NCBI GenBank assembly: GCA_035312345.1
Contig: DATGCC010000534.1
Coordinates: 1-31,188 of the forward strand
Reading direction: 5' to 3'
DNA: 31,188 nucleotides
Source of the DNA: Rhodothermales bacterium
GTDB taxonomy: Bacteria; Bacteroidota; Rhodothermia; Rhodothermales; DATGCC01
A program made the position numbers and the translations under genes. The notes beneath the pieces were generated by a model. The model ran no database searches, had not been told where the DNA came from, and saw nothing but the letters and a program-made list of their open reading frames with translations. Shown here one piece after another: positions 17,306 through 25,581 of this stretch (positions within the stretch are counted from its first letter, which is position 1; each line of letters begins with the position of its first letter).

Positions 17306-17846
17306 AACATTGGACGGGGTTGATGAGCGGGTGATGTTATGCTTCCTCTTTACGACCCGTCCCCACGGATAAACGCGCTATCCATACTCAGGGCAGGACG
17401 CCTGAAAGCATAATGATTGTACAAACTAATGTAGACACTTTCCTTTGAACGAGGCAAGACCGTCTCGCCCATCGGCGGCTCCAATGGGTTTCATGCGGCG
17501 TTCCGCCTCTCACGCTCAACAAAACCTTATCCTGGGTCAGCAAGGCTCGATTACTATGTGGCTTTCTTGTTGCCGAACAGTTGCTGAAACGTTAATCCCG
17601 GCCCTCCCTCATAGTGCACTTCCAGGTTATAGAGGCTTTCTATTTCAGAATGACCCATCCCCCACGTGGCACCGTTAATCCAACTACAGTGTTATCTGGA
17701 CCGTTTCAAGGGATCATTTATGCAACGTCGGGTCTGACGATACTGGTTTTCCAATGTGTAAAAACTTTGGTATCCTGGGTGGGGCATACACCCCTTCCCT
17801 GAAAGAGCGACGGTCTGCTCAAAGAGCTATTTAGAAGAGTATTGCC

Positions 17847-18719
17847 ATGTCGGATGCGCTTGTAATACGCAATATGACCCGTACTGAGGTAGACGAGCTC
17901 GTTGCCTGGGCTGCACGCGAGGGTTGGAATCCTGGCCTTCATGATGCCGAGGTATTCTGGGCCACGGATCCAGAAGCTTTCATCGCAGCGGATCTGGAGG
18001 GCGAGTTGATTGGCGGCGGAGCCATCACCTCCTACCATGGCGAATTTGGCTTTATGGGTTTCTTTATCGTCCGGCCCGAATACCGCGGCCAGGGTTTAGG
18101 CAATACGCTCTGGCACGCCCGCCGCGACCGGCTTCTGAAACGGCTGCGCCCAGGCGCGAGCATCGGTCTGGACGGCGTCTTTGAGATGCAGGATTATTAT
18201 GCCACGGGTGGTTTCGCCTTCTCTCATCGCAACATGCGTTTCCGGGCCGAGATACCGGATCGCCCCGTGACCTCGCCGGATGACGACAAAAACATCATTC
18301 TGCTGGACACCCTACCGCTCGACCAGATACTCGACTACGACCGCACCTGCTTTCCCGCCTTGCGGCCAACCTTCCTGCAAAAGTGGATATCGCAACCCGA
18401 TGCGCTTGCCCTTGGGTACCAGCGCGATGGGAGGCTGAGCGGATATGGCGTGGTGCGGCGCTGCAGAGAAGGGTGCAAGATCGGCCCCCTGTTCGCTGAT
18501 GATGCCCTGGCGGCCCAGGCCCTTTACATGCACCTGGCAGGGTTCGCCGCTGGTGGCTCCCTGTTTCTCGATGTCCCGGAGAGCAACCCCGCTGCCATCG
18601 AACTTGTGCAGCAACACCAGATGCTTGAAGTCTTCGGCTGCGCGCGGATGTACCTGGGGCCGCCGCCCGATCTGGCGCATGAGCGGATCTTCGGCGTCAC
18701 GACCTTCGAACTGGGCTGA
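17847..18719 (+). CDS. GNAT family N-acetyltransferase (two-domain, YitH-like)
   Basis: It has the acetyl-CoA motif VRPEYRGQGLG, EGWNPG, and a second domain with GYGVVRRCREGCKIGPLFAD...DVPE.N. Confidence 0.88.
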   Translation: MSDALVIRNMTRTEVDELVAWAAREGWNPGLHDAEVFWATDPEAFIAADLEGELIGGGAITSYHGEFGFMGFFIVRPEYRGQGLGNTLWHARRDRLLKRLRPGASIGLDGVFEMQDYYATGGFAFSHRNMRFRAEIPDRPVTSPDDDKNIILLDTLPLDQILDYDRTCFPALRPTFLQKWISQPDALALGYQRDGRLSGYGVVRRCREGCKIGPLFADDALAAQALYMHLAGFAAGGSLFLDVPESNPAAIELVQQHQMLEVFGCARMYLGPPPDLAHERIFGVTTFELG

Positions 18720-19627
18720 TGGCTGAACGCGACCTCATCGGTTATGGTGGCAACCCACCCCATCCGCGATGGCCGGGTGAGGCGCGCGTTGCCGTTCAAT
18801 TTGTGCTCAACATAGAGGAGGGCGCAGAATCATCTATCCTCCATGGGGATGCCCAGTCAGAGGCGTATCTGCACGAGTTGCCGGGCCGCCCACCACGTAG
18901 GGGAGAACGCGACTGGAGCGTCGAGGGCATGTATGAATACGGCTCGCGAGCAGGTGTATGGCGTATCCTGGAACTCTTCAACGCCCGCAACCTTCCACTC
19001 ACCGCCTTCGCTGTCGGCCGAGCCCTAGAACTCAATCCAGGCATCGGTCGTGCGCTTAGTGCTACCGGTCACGAGGTTGCCGGACATGGCTACCGTTGGG
19101 TGGACTATCGCGACATGCCTGAAGACGAAGAGCGACGTCATATCCGTCTTACCTTCGAGATCATCGAGCGAATTTGTGGCACCCCTCCTGTAGGTTGGTA
19201 TACCGGGAGGGTCAGTCAACATACACGCCATCTGTTACGTGAACACGGTGAATTACTTTACCTTTCTGACGCCTACAACGACGACCTTCCTTATTGGCTC
19301 GATGGATCGCCTCCGCACCTGGTGATTCCGTACACCCTGGTTAACAATGATGTCCGCTTTTTGCTGCCGAACGGTTTTTCTTCTGGGGAGGATTTCTTCC
19401 AGTTGCTGAAGGACGCTTTCGACCTCCTGTGGCAAGAAGGCGCACACCGTCCGAAGATGATGAGCGTCGGTCTACATGGGCGAATCAGCGGGCATCCTGC
19501 GCGCGCGATGGCGTTGGCACGCTTTCTCGACTACGTGCAAGGTCACGAGACCGTGTGGATCTGCCGACGAGAAGACATTGCCAGACACTGGATGGCCGAA
19601 CATCCCGCTGAGACGCTGAGGATATAA
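18719..19627 (+). CDS. puuE: PuuE-type allantoinase (polysaccharide deacetylase/NodB fold)
   Basis: Motifs are RDLIGYG...WP..ARVAVQFVLN.EEG.E, YEYGSRAG, HGYRW.DY, GWYTGR, DAYNDDLPYW and KMMSVGLH.R.SG.P.R. Its start overlaps the GNAT stop (TGATG). Confidence 0.85.
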   Translation: MAERDLIGYGGNPPHPRWPGEARVAVQFVLNIEEGAESSILHGDAQSEAYLHELPGRPPRRGERDWSVEGMYEYGSRAGVWRILELFNARNLPLTAFAVGRALELNPGIGRALSATGHEVAGHGYRWVDYRDMPEDEERRHIRLTFEIIERICGTPPVGWYTGRVSQHTRHLLREHGELLYLSDAYNDDLPYWLDGSPPHLVIPYTLVNNDVRFLLPNGFSSGEDFFQLLKDAFDLLWQEGAHRPKMMSVGLHGRISGHPARAMALARFLDYVQGHETVWICRREDIARHWMAEHPAETLRI

Positions 19628-19690
19628 AGAATAGAAACTGCCTGGTAAAATGATTGGGGCCTGCACGCGGCTCGTTTCTGTCCATCAACA

Positions 19691-20185
19691 CTACCTGCTC
19701 TTCGTCGAGCGGCAGAGTCGTTGCCAGAGCCAATACCCCGCGCCTCCAATGATAGGAGCGGTCACTAAGCCTGGGAAATACCCACCCGCGGCGATGGCTA
19801 GAAGCGGATGCGCAATGCCATTGACCATTCCAGCAATGGCGAGGAACCAGGCCGTAAAATACGCGGCGGGTCGCGCCGACCGCACCCCCGGCACCGAGGC
19901 GACCCAGATCCCAATCCACGCCAAGTTGAAGACAACGAAGAAGGAAAAGGGCATCGCTGGCAGACCAAGTAGCGCCCCCAGCCGCTCGGGAAAACCCGTC
20001 GCTGCCTCCTCAACAAAATGAGCCCCCTGAATCCCGAGGGTGAGTGCCAACGCACGGGCGGCGGCGCGGCGCTCTGCCATCTTCTCGAAAGGCGACTGCC
20101 GGTTGCGAGCAAGGCCCAGGGCTGCAAGTGCTACGAGACCGAGAACAAGTAAACTGGGCAGGTTGCTCAGGATAGAATCTTGCAT
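19691..20185 (-). CDS. HXXEE-domain integral membrane protein
   Basis: HFVEE lies within a protein with 4-5 hydrophobic helices, along with N..W, N...H and GGYFPGL.TA. The start is set at MQDSIL (20185). Confidence 0.75.
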   Translation of the reverse strand: MQDSILSNLPSLLVLGLVALAALGLARNRQSPFEKMAERRAAARALALTLGIQGAHFVEEAATGFPERLGALLGLPAMPFSFFVVFNLAWIGIWVASVPGVRSARPAAYFTAWFLAIAGMVNGIAHPLLAIAAGGYFPGLVTAPIIGGAGYWLWQRLCRSTKSR

Positions 20186-20243
20186 GCCTACACGGTGGGC
20201 AGTATGGTAAGGAAGCCGGTCTGCGACGACGTTCAGCCTACTG

Positions 20244-20627
20244 CTACAGCACCCAGAACGCATCCTCGAAGTGCTCGATCTCCGGCTCTTGACCGCCCTG
20301 TAGTACAATGCTGATCACGTCAAAGCGGCAGGGGGAGCCTTCCAGCTTGCGTTCGTAGAGATAAGCTTTCGCAGCGCGGATCAGATGACGCTTTTTCTCC
20401 TCGGTGACGGCCTCTTCCGGGCGGCCAAAGCCCAGCCCCGTGCGCGTCTTGACCTCGGTAAAAATCAGTTCGCCACCCTGCTCATACTGCGCCGCCGGTT
20501 TAAAACAGACCAGATCCACCTCGGCATGCTCGAAGCGATAGTTGCGCTCCAGGATGGTGTAGCCCTGCGCCTCCAGGTAGGCCGCCGCAATGGCCTCGCC
20601 CTGGTCACCGATGTGCTTGGTGGACAT
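20244..20627 (-). CDS. yraN: YraN (UPF0102) family predicted endonuclease
   Basis: Motifs are G..GE..A..YLE..GY.ILERNYR, EVDL, EVKTR, P.EAVT..K and RFDV. Confidence 0.93.
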   Translation of the reverse strand: MSTKHIGDQGEAIAAAYLEAQGYTILERNYRFEHAEVDLVCFKPAAQYEQGGELIFTEVKTRTGLGFGRPEEAVTEEKKRHLIRAAKAYLYERKLEGSPCRFDVISIVLQGGQEPEIEHFEDAFWVL

Positions 20628-20722
20628 TTCTGGGTATGGGTGGTTGGGAAGTTGGCGGGGATGAGAGAAGCGTGTTTGCGAAGAAAGGCCCTATCCCCAT
20701 CCTCCCACACTCACTCACGTTG

Positions 20723-21340
20723 CTATTCCGGGCCGCCCTGCATCGATTCGGCGAGGGCGATGAACTGCTTCATCATCGGGATGTTGCGCTTTTGTACAAA
20801 CGGCAGTAGCGATTGGAAGAAGCCATCGAAGACTTCCATCAGTTCCATCAAGTTTTCGATGCGCTCACAGAACTGCTGGTCTTCCGGGCTGAGATCACCG
20901 CAGGCGACATCCTGGTTGTCCGTCAGCACGTCACGCACGTCCTGGAGTTGCTGCGTGATTGGCGCGATCTCGCGGCGCTCCCGCTCACGGATAATCTGCG
21001 CGGTGATGTGCCACACATCTTTCTCAGCCACATAAAAATCTTTCCGCGATCCGGCCTGATGCACCTTGCGGACGAGGTTCCAGTTGACCAGCGAGTGCAG
21101 GTTCATGTTGGCGTTGCCCCGGCTGATCTGCAAGCGCTCCATGATGGCGTCAGTGTCGAGCGGGTCCTCGGCGACGTAGAGCAGGGCGTGGATCTGTGCC
21201 ATGGTGCGGTTGATGCCCCAGGTCGAGGCCATCTCACCCCAGAAGAGAATAAACCGGTCGAGCGCTTCGTGATACTGCTCGCTGACAGCACTGGCTGCCG
21301 CTTCCGTCGTTGCCTCCGTGGTATCGTGTTTATCGGCCAT
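20723..21340 (-). CDS. GbsR/MarR-family transcriptional regulator
   Basis: Motifs are FILFWGEMASTWGINRTMAQIHALL, ISRGNANMNL..LV.W.LV and RKDFY.AEKDVW. The start is set at MADKH (21340). Confidence 0.88.
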   Translation of the reverse strand: MADKHDTTEATTEAAASAVSEQYHEALDRFILFWGEMASTWGINRTMAQIHALLYVAEDPLDTDAIMERLQISRGNANMNLHSLVNWNLVRKVHQAGSRKDFYVAEKDVWHITAQIIRERERREIAPITQQLQDVRDVLTDNQDVACGDLSPEDQQFCERIENLMELMEVFDGFFQSLLPFVQKRNIPMMKQFIALAESMQGGPE

Positions 21341-21552
21341 CGCGGGCGTTGAGGAATCAAACAATCCGAACCATTGCGGGTATGACCTGTGCTGTTCCGT
21401 CCGGTTCCAGCTTCGGTATAAAAAGGAGCCTGCGCTTCTATGATACCAGGAGCCTGGGAAAGAAGAAAATGCCTGCATGCTCCCCTCTTTCTCTTAAAAA
21501 GAGCGTAGATTTATAGCCTTTCAGCCTCTTAGACTCTCATTCTCTCCTCAAC

Positions 21553-22365
21553 GTGTCTTCGCTACTCACCCTCACCACTGATTTCGGCACCCGCGATGCC
21601 TATGTCGCCGCGATGAAGGGGACGATCCTGTCGATTCACCCCGACGTGCGCTTTATCGACATTTCTCACGAAATTACGCCGCAGGACGTGATGGAAGCTG
21701 CGTTCGTGCTGAGCGAGGCGGTGCCCTATTTCCCGGAGGAAACCCTGCACCTCGTCGTGGTTGACCCCGGCGTCGGCACCACACGCCGCCCGGTAGCCTT
21801 GCGGCATGGCGGACATACGTTCGTCGGACCGGACAACGGCCTCTTCGCGTTGCTGCTGGATGGCGAGCCACCGGATGAACTCGTCGTGCTGGATCGATCT
21901 GCGTTCTGGCGCACCTCCGACATCAGCGACACCTTCCATGGTCGAGATGTGTTTGCCCCTGTCGCCGCGCACCTGGCTGCCGGACGTGCGCTCAACGACA
22001 TTGGCACCCCCATCGAGTCGCTGAAACCGTTGCACTGGGCGCTGCCCATCGACGACGACCAGGGCGTGCAAGGCTGGGTAGTGCATGTGGACCGGTTTGG
22101 CAACTGCATCACCAACATTCCGCGCCCGCTCTTCGAGCGCCAGCGCGATGGACGCCCGCTTAAGTGTTTCGTCGGCAACGCGATCCTTGAAGGAGTCCAC
22201 ACGACCTATGGCGATACCGAGGCCGGCGAGCCACTGCTGCTCTTCGGCAGCAGCAACTTCCTGGAGATCGCCGTCAACACCGGGAACGCATCGAACCTGC
22301 TCGACATTCGTAAGGGCACACCGGTTAATGTCCTGTTTAAAGACGTCGAACCTAAGAGCCTATGA
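21553..22365 (+). CDS. SAM hydroxide adenosyltransferase (DUF62; fluorinase/chlorinase superfamily)
   Basis: Motifs are TLTTDFG..D.YV..MKG, VVDPGVGT.R, TFHGRDVFAP, HVDRFGNCITN and LEIAVN.G. It has a GTG start. Confidence 0.92.
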   Translation: MSSLLTLTTDFGTRDAYVAAMKGTILSIHPDVRFIDISHEITPQDVMEAAFVLSEAVPYFPEETLHLVVVDPGVGTTRRPVALRHGGHTFVGPDNGLFALLLDGEPPDELVVLDRSAFWRTSDISDTFHGRDVFAPVAAHLAAGRALNDIGTPIESLKPLHWALPIDDDQGVQGWVVHVDRFGNCITNIPRPLFERQRDGRPLKCFVGNAILEGVHTTYGDTEAGEPLLLFGSSNFLEIAVNTGNASNLLDIRKGTPVNVLFKDVEPKSL

Positions 22366-22439
22366 ATCTAAGGGCCTGAGAGACTAAGAAAGAAAAAGCG
22401 CTGTCTTACCTTCTCGTAATCTCCCAGACTCATAGGCTC
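22356..22439. repeat. Intergenic inverted repeat plus degenerate tandem units
   Basis: GAGCCTATGA (22356-22365) and TCATAGGCTC (22430-22439) form a perfect 10-bp inverted pair. CTAAG units recur with a 16-bp period. CTCCCAGAC occurs twice (22421-22429, 22436-22444). Confidence 0.55.
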
Positions 22440-22448
22440 CCAGACAAA

Positions 22449-23762
22449 ATGCCTGAATCCATCGATCCTCGTCGCGAAGCCCTGCTGGCGCATCTGCAAA
22501 GCGTCTACCTGCTGGCGCGTGTGCTGGCGCAAGATGAGGACCGAGCGACGCAGTTGGTAGAGGACACCTACACGCAGGCCTTCGTGATGCTGCCGCCCCA
22601 CCAGGACGACGACGAGGCCAAGCACGCCCTCCTCCAGTTGCTCACCCAGATCCATCAAGAGCAAACGGCCCTCTACACCGATGGCGATGCGTCTGCCGCC
22701 GTCGTTGACGAGACGCTGCAATCTGTACGTCGTCATCTGGCCGAGGAAATCACGACCCGCACGCTGCCCGTCGTCCTCTCGACCCTTCCGCATCAGCAGC
22801 GCCTCGTGTTGCTGTTGTGCGAAGTGGAAGGCTTTAGCTGCACCGAGGCGGCTCCCTTGCTCCACCTTGATGAAGCGGTCGCCTGCGACGCCCTGACCCA
22901 GGCGCGATCTACACTGAAAAACGATTTCAGGAGTGAGCTAACCAAACGGGAGCAAAACCTGGTTGCCACGAGCCTGCCCAAAGGATGGCTGGGAGGAGCT
23001 CTGAAACAGGCTTTCAGTACGACGTTTGGCACGGTCCCTGCCGCCATACGCTCGACGCTGCTCGAAGCCCAGGTTGCAAAACCAGTAGTGGCTGAGACAC
23101 CGGAGGAAAACAACGCCCCCTTGCCGCCTGAAGATGGCTCGGAAGCCGACCACCTGCCGCGTCTGCCTATACCGCGCGTCCGCACGCTGCCGAAGCCTGA
23201 ACCCAAAGGCCTCTCGCCCGCGATACGGCGCGGGCTGCTGGTGACGCTGCTTATCATTGTCGTCGGGCTGACGGGGTATTTTGCCTCGCGGTCGGTGGAA
23301 GAAACGCCTGAAACCAACCTCATCACCCTCTCGGTAAAGCAGGCTGAAGACCTCACTGCCACCTTTCCCACAAGCAGCCTGCGGCAGGCCGAGGAATACG
23401 TCCGAGGCAATCTAGGCCAGCGCATGACGCTCCCCACCATCGACGGGGCCACCCTCACAGGCGTAGGTGTCCGCAAACCGGCACCCGACGTATCCGTCCC
23501 GGCGTTTTTCTATCAGGATGAACGCGAGGCGGGGCAAACGCTGGTGCTCTACGTGTACAACTACGCCCTGCTGAACCAGTTTGAGGACCGCCTCTCCCTC
23601 GAACCTGATATCCTGCGCCAGATTCAGGAAGAGCAACGCTTCGACCTGCACGACCTCGGTGAACGGCAGGTGCTCGTCTGGCGCAACCGCGATGATATTT
23701 ATGTGGCCGTCACCCCCGGCGACGCCGAGACCCTGCGCCACCGCATCCTTTTCCCTTCTTGA
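22449..23762 (+). CDS. Degenerate ECF sigma-like domain fused to a transmembrane anti-sigma-like domain
   Basis: There is a region-2-like stretch (VYLLARVLAQDEDRATQLVEDTYTQAF) and a region-4-like stretch (LPHQQRLVLLLCEVEGFSCTEAAPLL). A single TM helix (GLLVTLLIIVVGLTGYF) follows. The C-terminal domain (LPTIDGATLTGVG...VLVW.N.DDIYVAVT) resembles extracytoplasmic anti-sigma domains. Confidence 0.7.
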   Translation: MPESIDPRREALLAHLQSVYLLARVLAQDEDRATQLVEDTYTQAFVMLPPHQDDDEAKHALLQLLTQIHQEQTALYTDGDASAAVVDETLQSVRRHLAEEITTRTLPVVLSTLPHQQRLVLLLCEVEGFSCTEAAPLLHLDEAVACDALTQARSTLKNDFRSELTKREQNLVATSLPKGWLGGALKQAFSTTFGTVPAAIRSTLLEAQVAKPVVAETPEENNAPLPPEDGSEADHLPRLPIPRVRTLPKPEPKGLSPAIRRGLLVTLLIIVVGLTGYFASRSVEETPETNLITLSVKQAEDLTATFPTSSLRQAEEYVRGNLGQRMTLPTIDGATLTGVGVRKPAPDVSVPAFFYQDEREAGQTLVLYVYNYALLNQFEDRLSLEPDILRQIQEEQRFDLHDLGERQVLVWRNRDDIYVAVTPGDAETLRHRILFPS

Positions 23763-23776
23763 GTCTAGCTGCTTCC

Positions 23777-24397
23777 TCAGGCAGCCTGCAAAACAGCCTC
23801 AGCAGAAACGATCTGCACCCCGGCCTCCCGCATTTCGTCCCAGGCACGGGCAAGCGAACCCTGCGTATCGATCCCACGTACCGCCTCTTCTACGACGTAC
23901 ACCTCAAAGCCCAGCCTTTTCCCATCAAGCGCTGACCATTTGACACAGAAATCCGTTGCCAGCCCGACCAGATAAAGTGTATCGATAGAACGTTCGCGGA
24001 GGTAGCCTGCCAGCCCGGTGGGGGTCTTTTGATCGTTCTCAAAAAAGGCTGAGTATGAATCGATGGTGCGGCGGAAGCCTTTGCGCAGGATGAGTTCGGC
24101 GCGATCCTGATGCAAGGCAGGATGAAATGCGGCTCCCCTGGTACCTTGAACACAATGATCCGGCCATAAGACCTGCTCGCCATAGGCCAAATCGACGGTG
24201 TCGTAGGGCTGTCTGTCAGCATGGGAAGACGCAAACGAGTGATGCCCTTGCGGATGCCAGTCCTGCGTCAGAATCACATGCTCGAAGGAGGAAGCCAAAC
24301 CATTGACGTGTGGAATGATCGCATCGCCATCGGGTACGGCCAGCGAGCCGCCTGGGCAAAAATCGTTCTGGACGTCAATGACGAGAAGGGCCTTCAT
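23777..24397 (-). CDS. pncA: Nicotinamidase/pyrazinamidase
   Basis: Motifs are ALLVIDVQNDFCPGGSL, TQDWHP..H.SF, LWPDHCVQG, RKG....DSYSAF and GLATDFCV. The start is set at MKALL (24397). Confidence 0.95.
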   Translation of the reverse strand: MKALLVIDVQNDFCPGGSLAVPDGDAIIPHVNGLASSFEHVILTQDWHPQGHHSFASSHADRQPYDTVDLAYGEQVLWPDHCVQGTRGAAFHPALHQDRAELILRKGFRRTIDSYSAFFENDQKTPTGLAGYLRERSIDTLYLVGLATDFCVKWSALDGKRLGFEVYVVEEAVRGIDTQGSLARAWDEMREAGVQIVSAEAVLQAA

Positions 24398-24478
24398 GGT
24401 GAATGGGCGGGAATGTGTTTGATGAGCCTGTGTGCTTTCCCTACGCCCCAACGCCCATCCTGTTTTCTGAGAACTGCT

Positions 24479-25567
24479 TTACAACGACAACACAAGACCA
24501 CCGCCCACTTCAAAGCCAGAGAAATCGCCGAAGGTGTAGATGAAGCGGGATTGCAGCCGTACCGAGGGCGATACGGCTACTTCTGGCAGGAGCCCTGCAT
24601 CGAACAGCGACGCTTTCTCGAAGAGGCTGGTCTCGTCATAGAGACGCGCCTGCCCGAGAAGCCCCACCCACACCATGTTGCCTAATGCTTGCCGATATGC
24701 CAGGCGAATCAGCCCCTGCGCCGGAAGCGTCCGCAACGCCTCGTCGGTGCCACCGGCTCCGGCAGGCAGGCTGCTCTCCGACTGGCCCCGGTAGCGCCCT
24801 ACCACACGTAACTCGTTGACCCCGAAGTATGTCAGCACCTGTCCTGTCGCTACCAGGCGATCGCCTACAGCGAAGACTTCTTCCTCGCCTAACTTGTCGC
24901 TGGTGTACGTTGTGTAGGTTACATCAGCAGAGAGGTTGGTGGTAGGAGCAGCTTTGATGTCCAGACCGCCGGTAATGATAATTTCATCGCCAGGATCATA
25001 ATCTTCTGGCATCTCGGCAAGGGGTCGATAGGCCCCCTTGTACTGGTAGGAAGCCCCCAGCCCCAGCACCACAGTTTCGCTCATCGGAAATGCCCAGACG
25101 AACCCCGGTGCCACATTGAATCCCTGCCCGAAGCCAGGAATACGAAAATCATAGAAATGCTGGCTCAGCAGCAGCGAGGTCTGGAATTCTTGTTCCGTGA
25201 GTTCGCGTTTGCCACTGGGCAGGTTGGCACCGAGGCTCAGCACGAGGCTGCTCGATCCAATCTTCTGCAAGAAGCTCAGGCCCGCCTGCACATCGCTGAC
25301 GCCACTGAGGCTTTCGAGATTATCACCCGTGGCAGACGCCTGCCCGGCTTGCAGGCTGAAGGCTACTTTTTGACCGATCGGCACCAGGATGGAAACCGGC
25401 ACGCTGACTTCAGAGACCTGAAGGCTATCCCTCTCATACGTCTGATATAGCGCATTGACGGAGACCCGTATGGGCTGCCGCTGGCTCGACAGGTACATAC
25501 TTCCCTCCTGGGCGAAGCTCGGTAGCGTCAGCCCCAACAAAAGCAAGATGAACAGCGTCCGTTTCAA
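24479..25567 (-). CDS. Putative outer-membrane beta-barrel protein (COG4313/Phenol_MetA_deg-like)
   Basis: It has a signal peptide (SFA|Q), alternating amphipathic strands and the LSG.SD...G and GANLPSG segments. It starts with TTG after a strong SD. Confidence 0.65.
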   Translation of the reverse strand: MKRTLFILLLLGLTLPSFAQEGSMYLSSQRQPIRVSVNALYQTYERDSLQVSEVSVPVSILVPIGQKVAFSLQAGQASATGDNLESLSGVSDVQAGLSFLQKIGSSSLVLSLGANLPSGKRELTEQEFQTSLLLSQHFYDFRIPGFGQGFNVAPGFVWAFPMSETVVLGLGASYQYKGAYRPLAEMPEDYDPGDEIIITGGLDIKAAPTTNLSADVTYTTYTSDKLGEEEVFAVGDRLVATGQVLTYFGVNELRVVGRYRGQSESSLPAGAGGTDEALRTLPAQGLIRLAYRQALGNMVWVGLLGQARLYDETSLFEKASLFDAGLLPEVAVSPSVRLQSRFIYTFGDFSGFEVGGGLVLSL

Positions 25568-25569
25568 AA

Positions 25570-25577
25570 CTCCTCCT
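25570..25577 (-). promoter_or_regulatory. Shine-Dalgarno sequence for the barrel gene
   Basis: The minus strand reads AGGAGGAG between the stop at 25582 and TTG 25567. Confidence 0.7.
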
Positions 25578-25581
25578 GTAT

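Noticed and set aside
6494-17383. Shared operator GGATA-Nx-TATCC at 6494-6509 and 17367-17383
   Set aside because: The spacers differ (6 vs 7 nt), the arms are only 5-6 bp, and the flanking genes are unrelated.
17800-17825. Guanidine-II (mini-ykkC) riboswitch before the GNAT gene (ACGG-containing segment)
   Set aside because: There is only one ACGR and no proper closing stem. The motif needs two GC-rich hairpins with ACGR tetraloops.
21553-22365. Fluorinase or chlorinase (halogenating enzyme)
   Set aside because: The Asp-Arg-His residues typical of DUF62 SAM hydrolases (VDPGVGT.R and TFHGRD) are intact, and no halometabolite biosynthesis genes are nearby.
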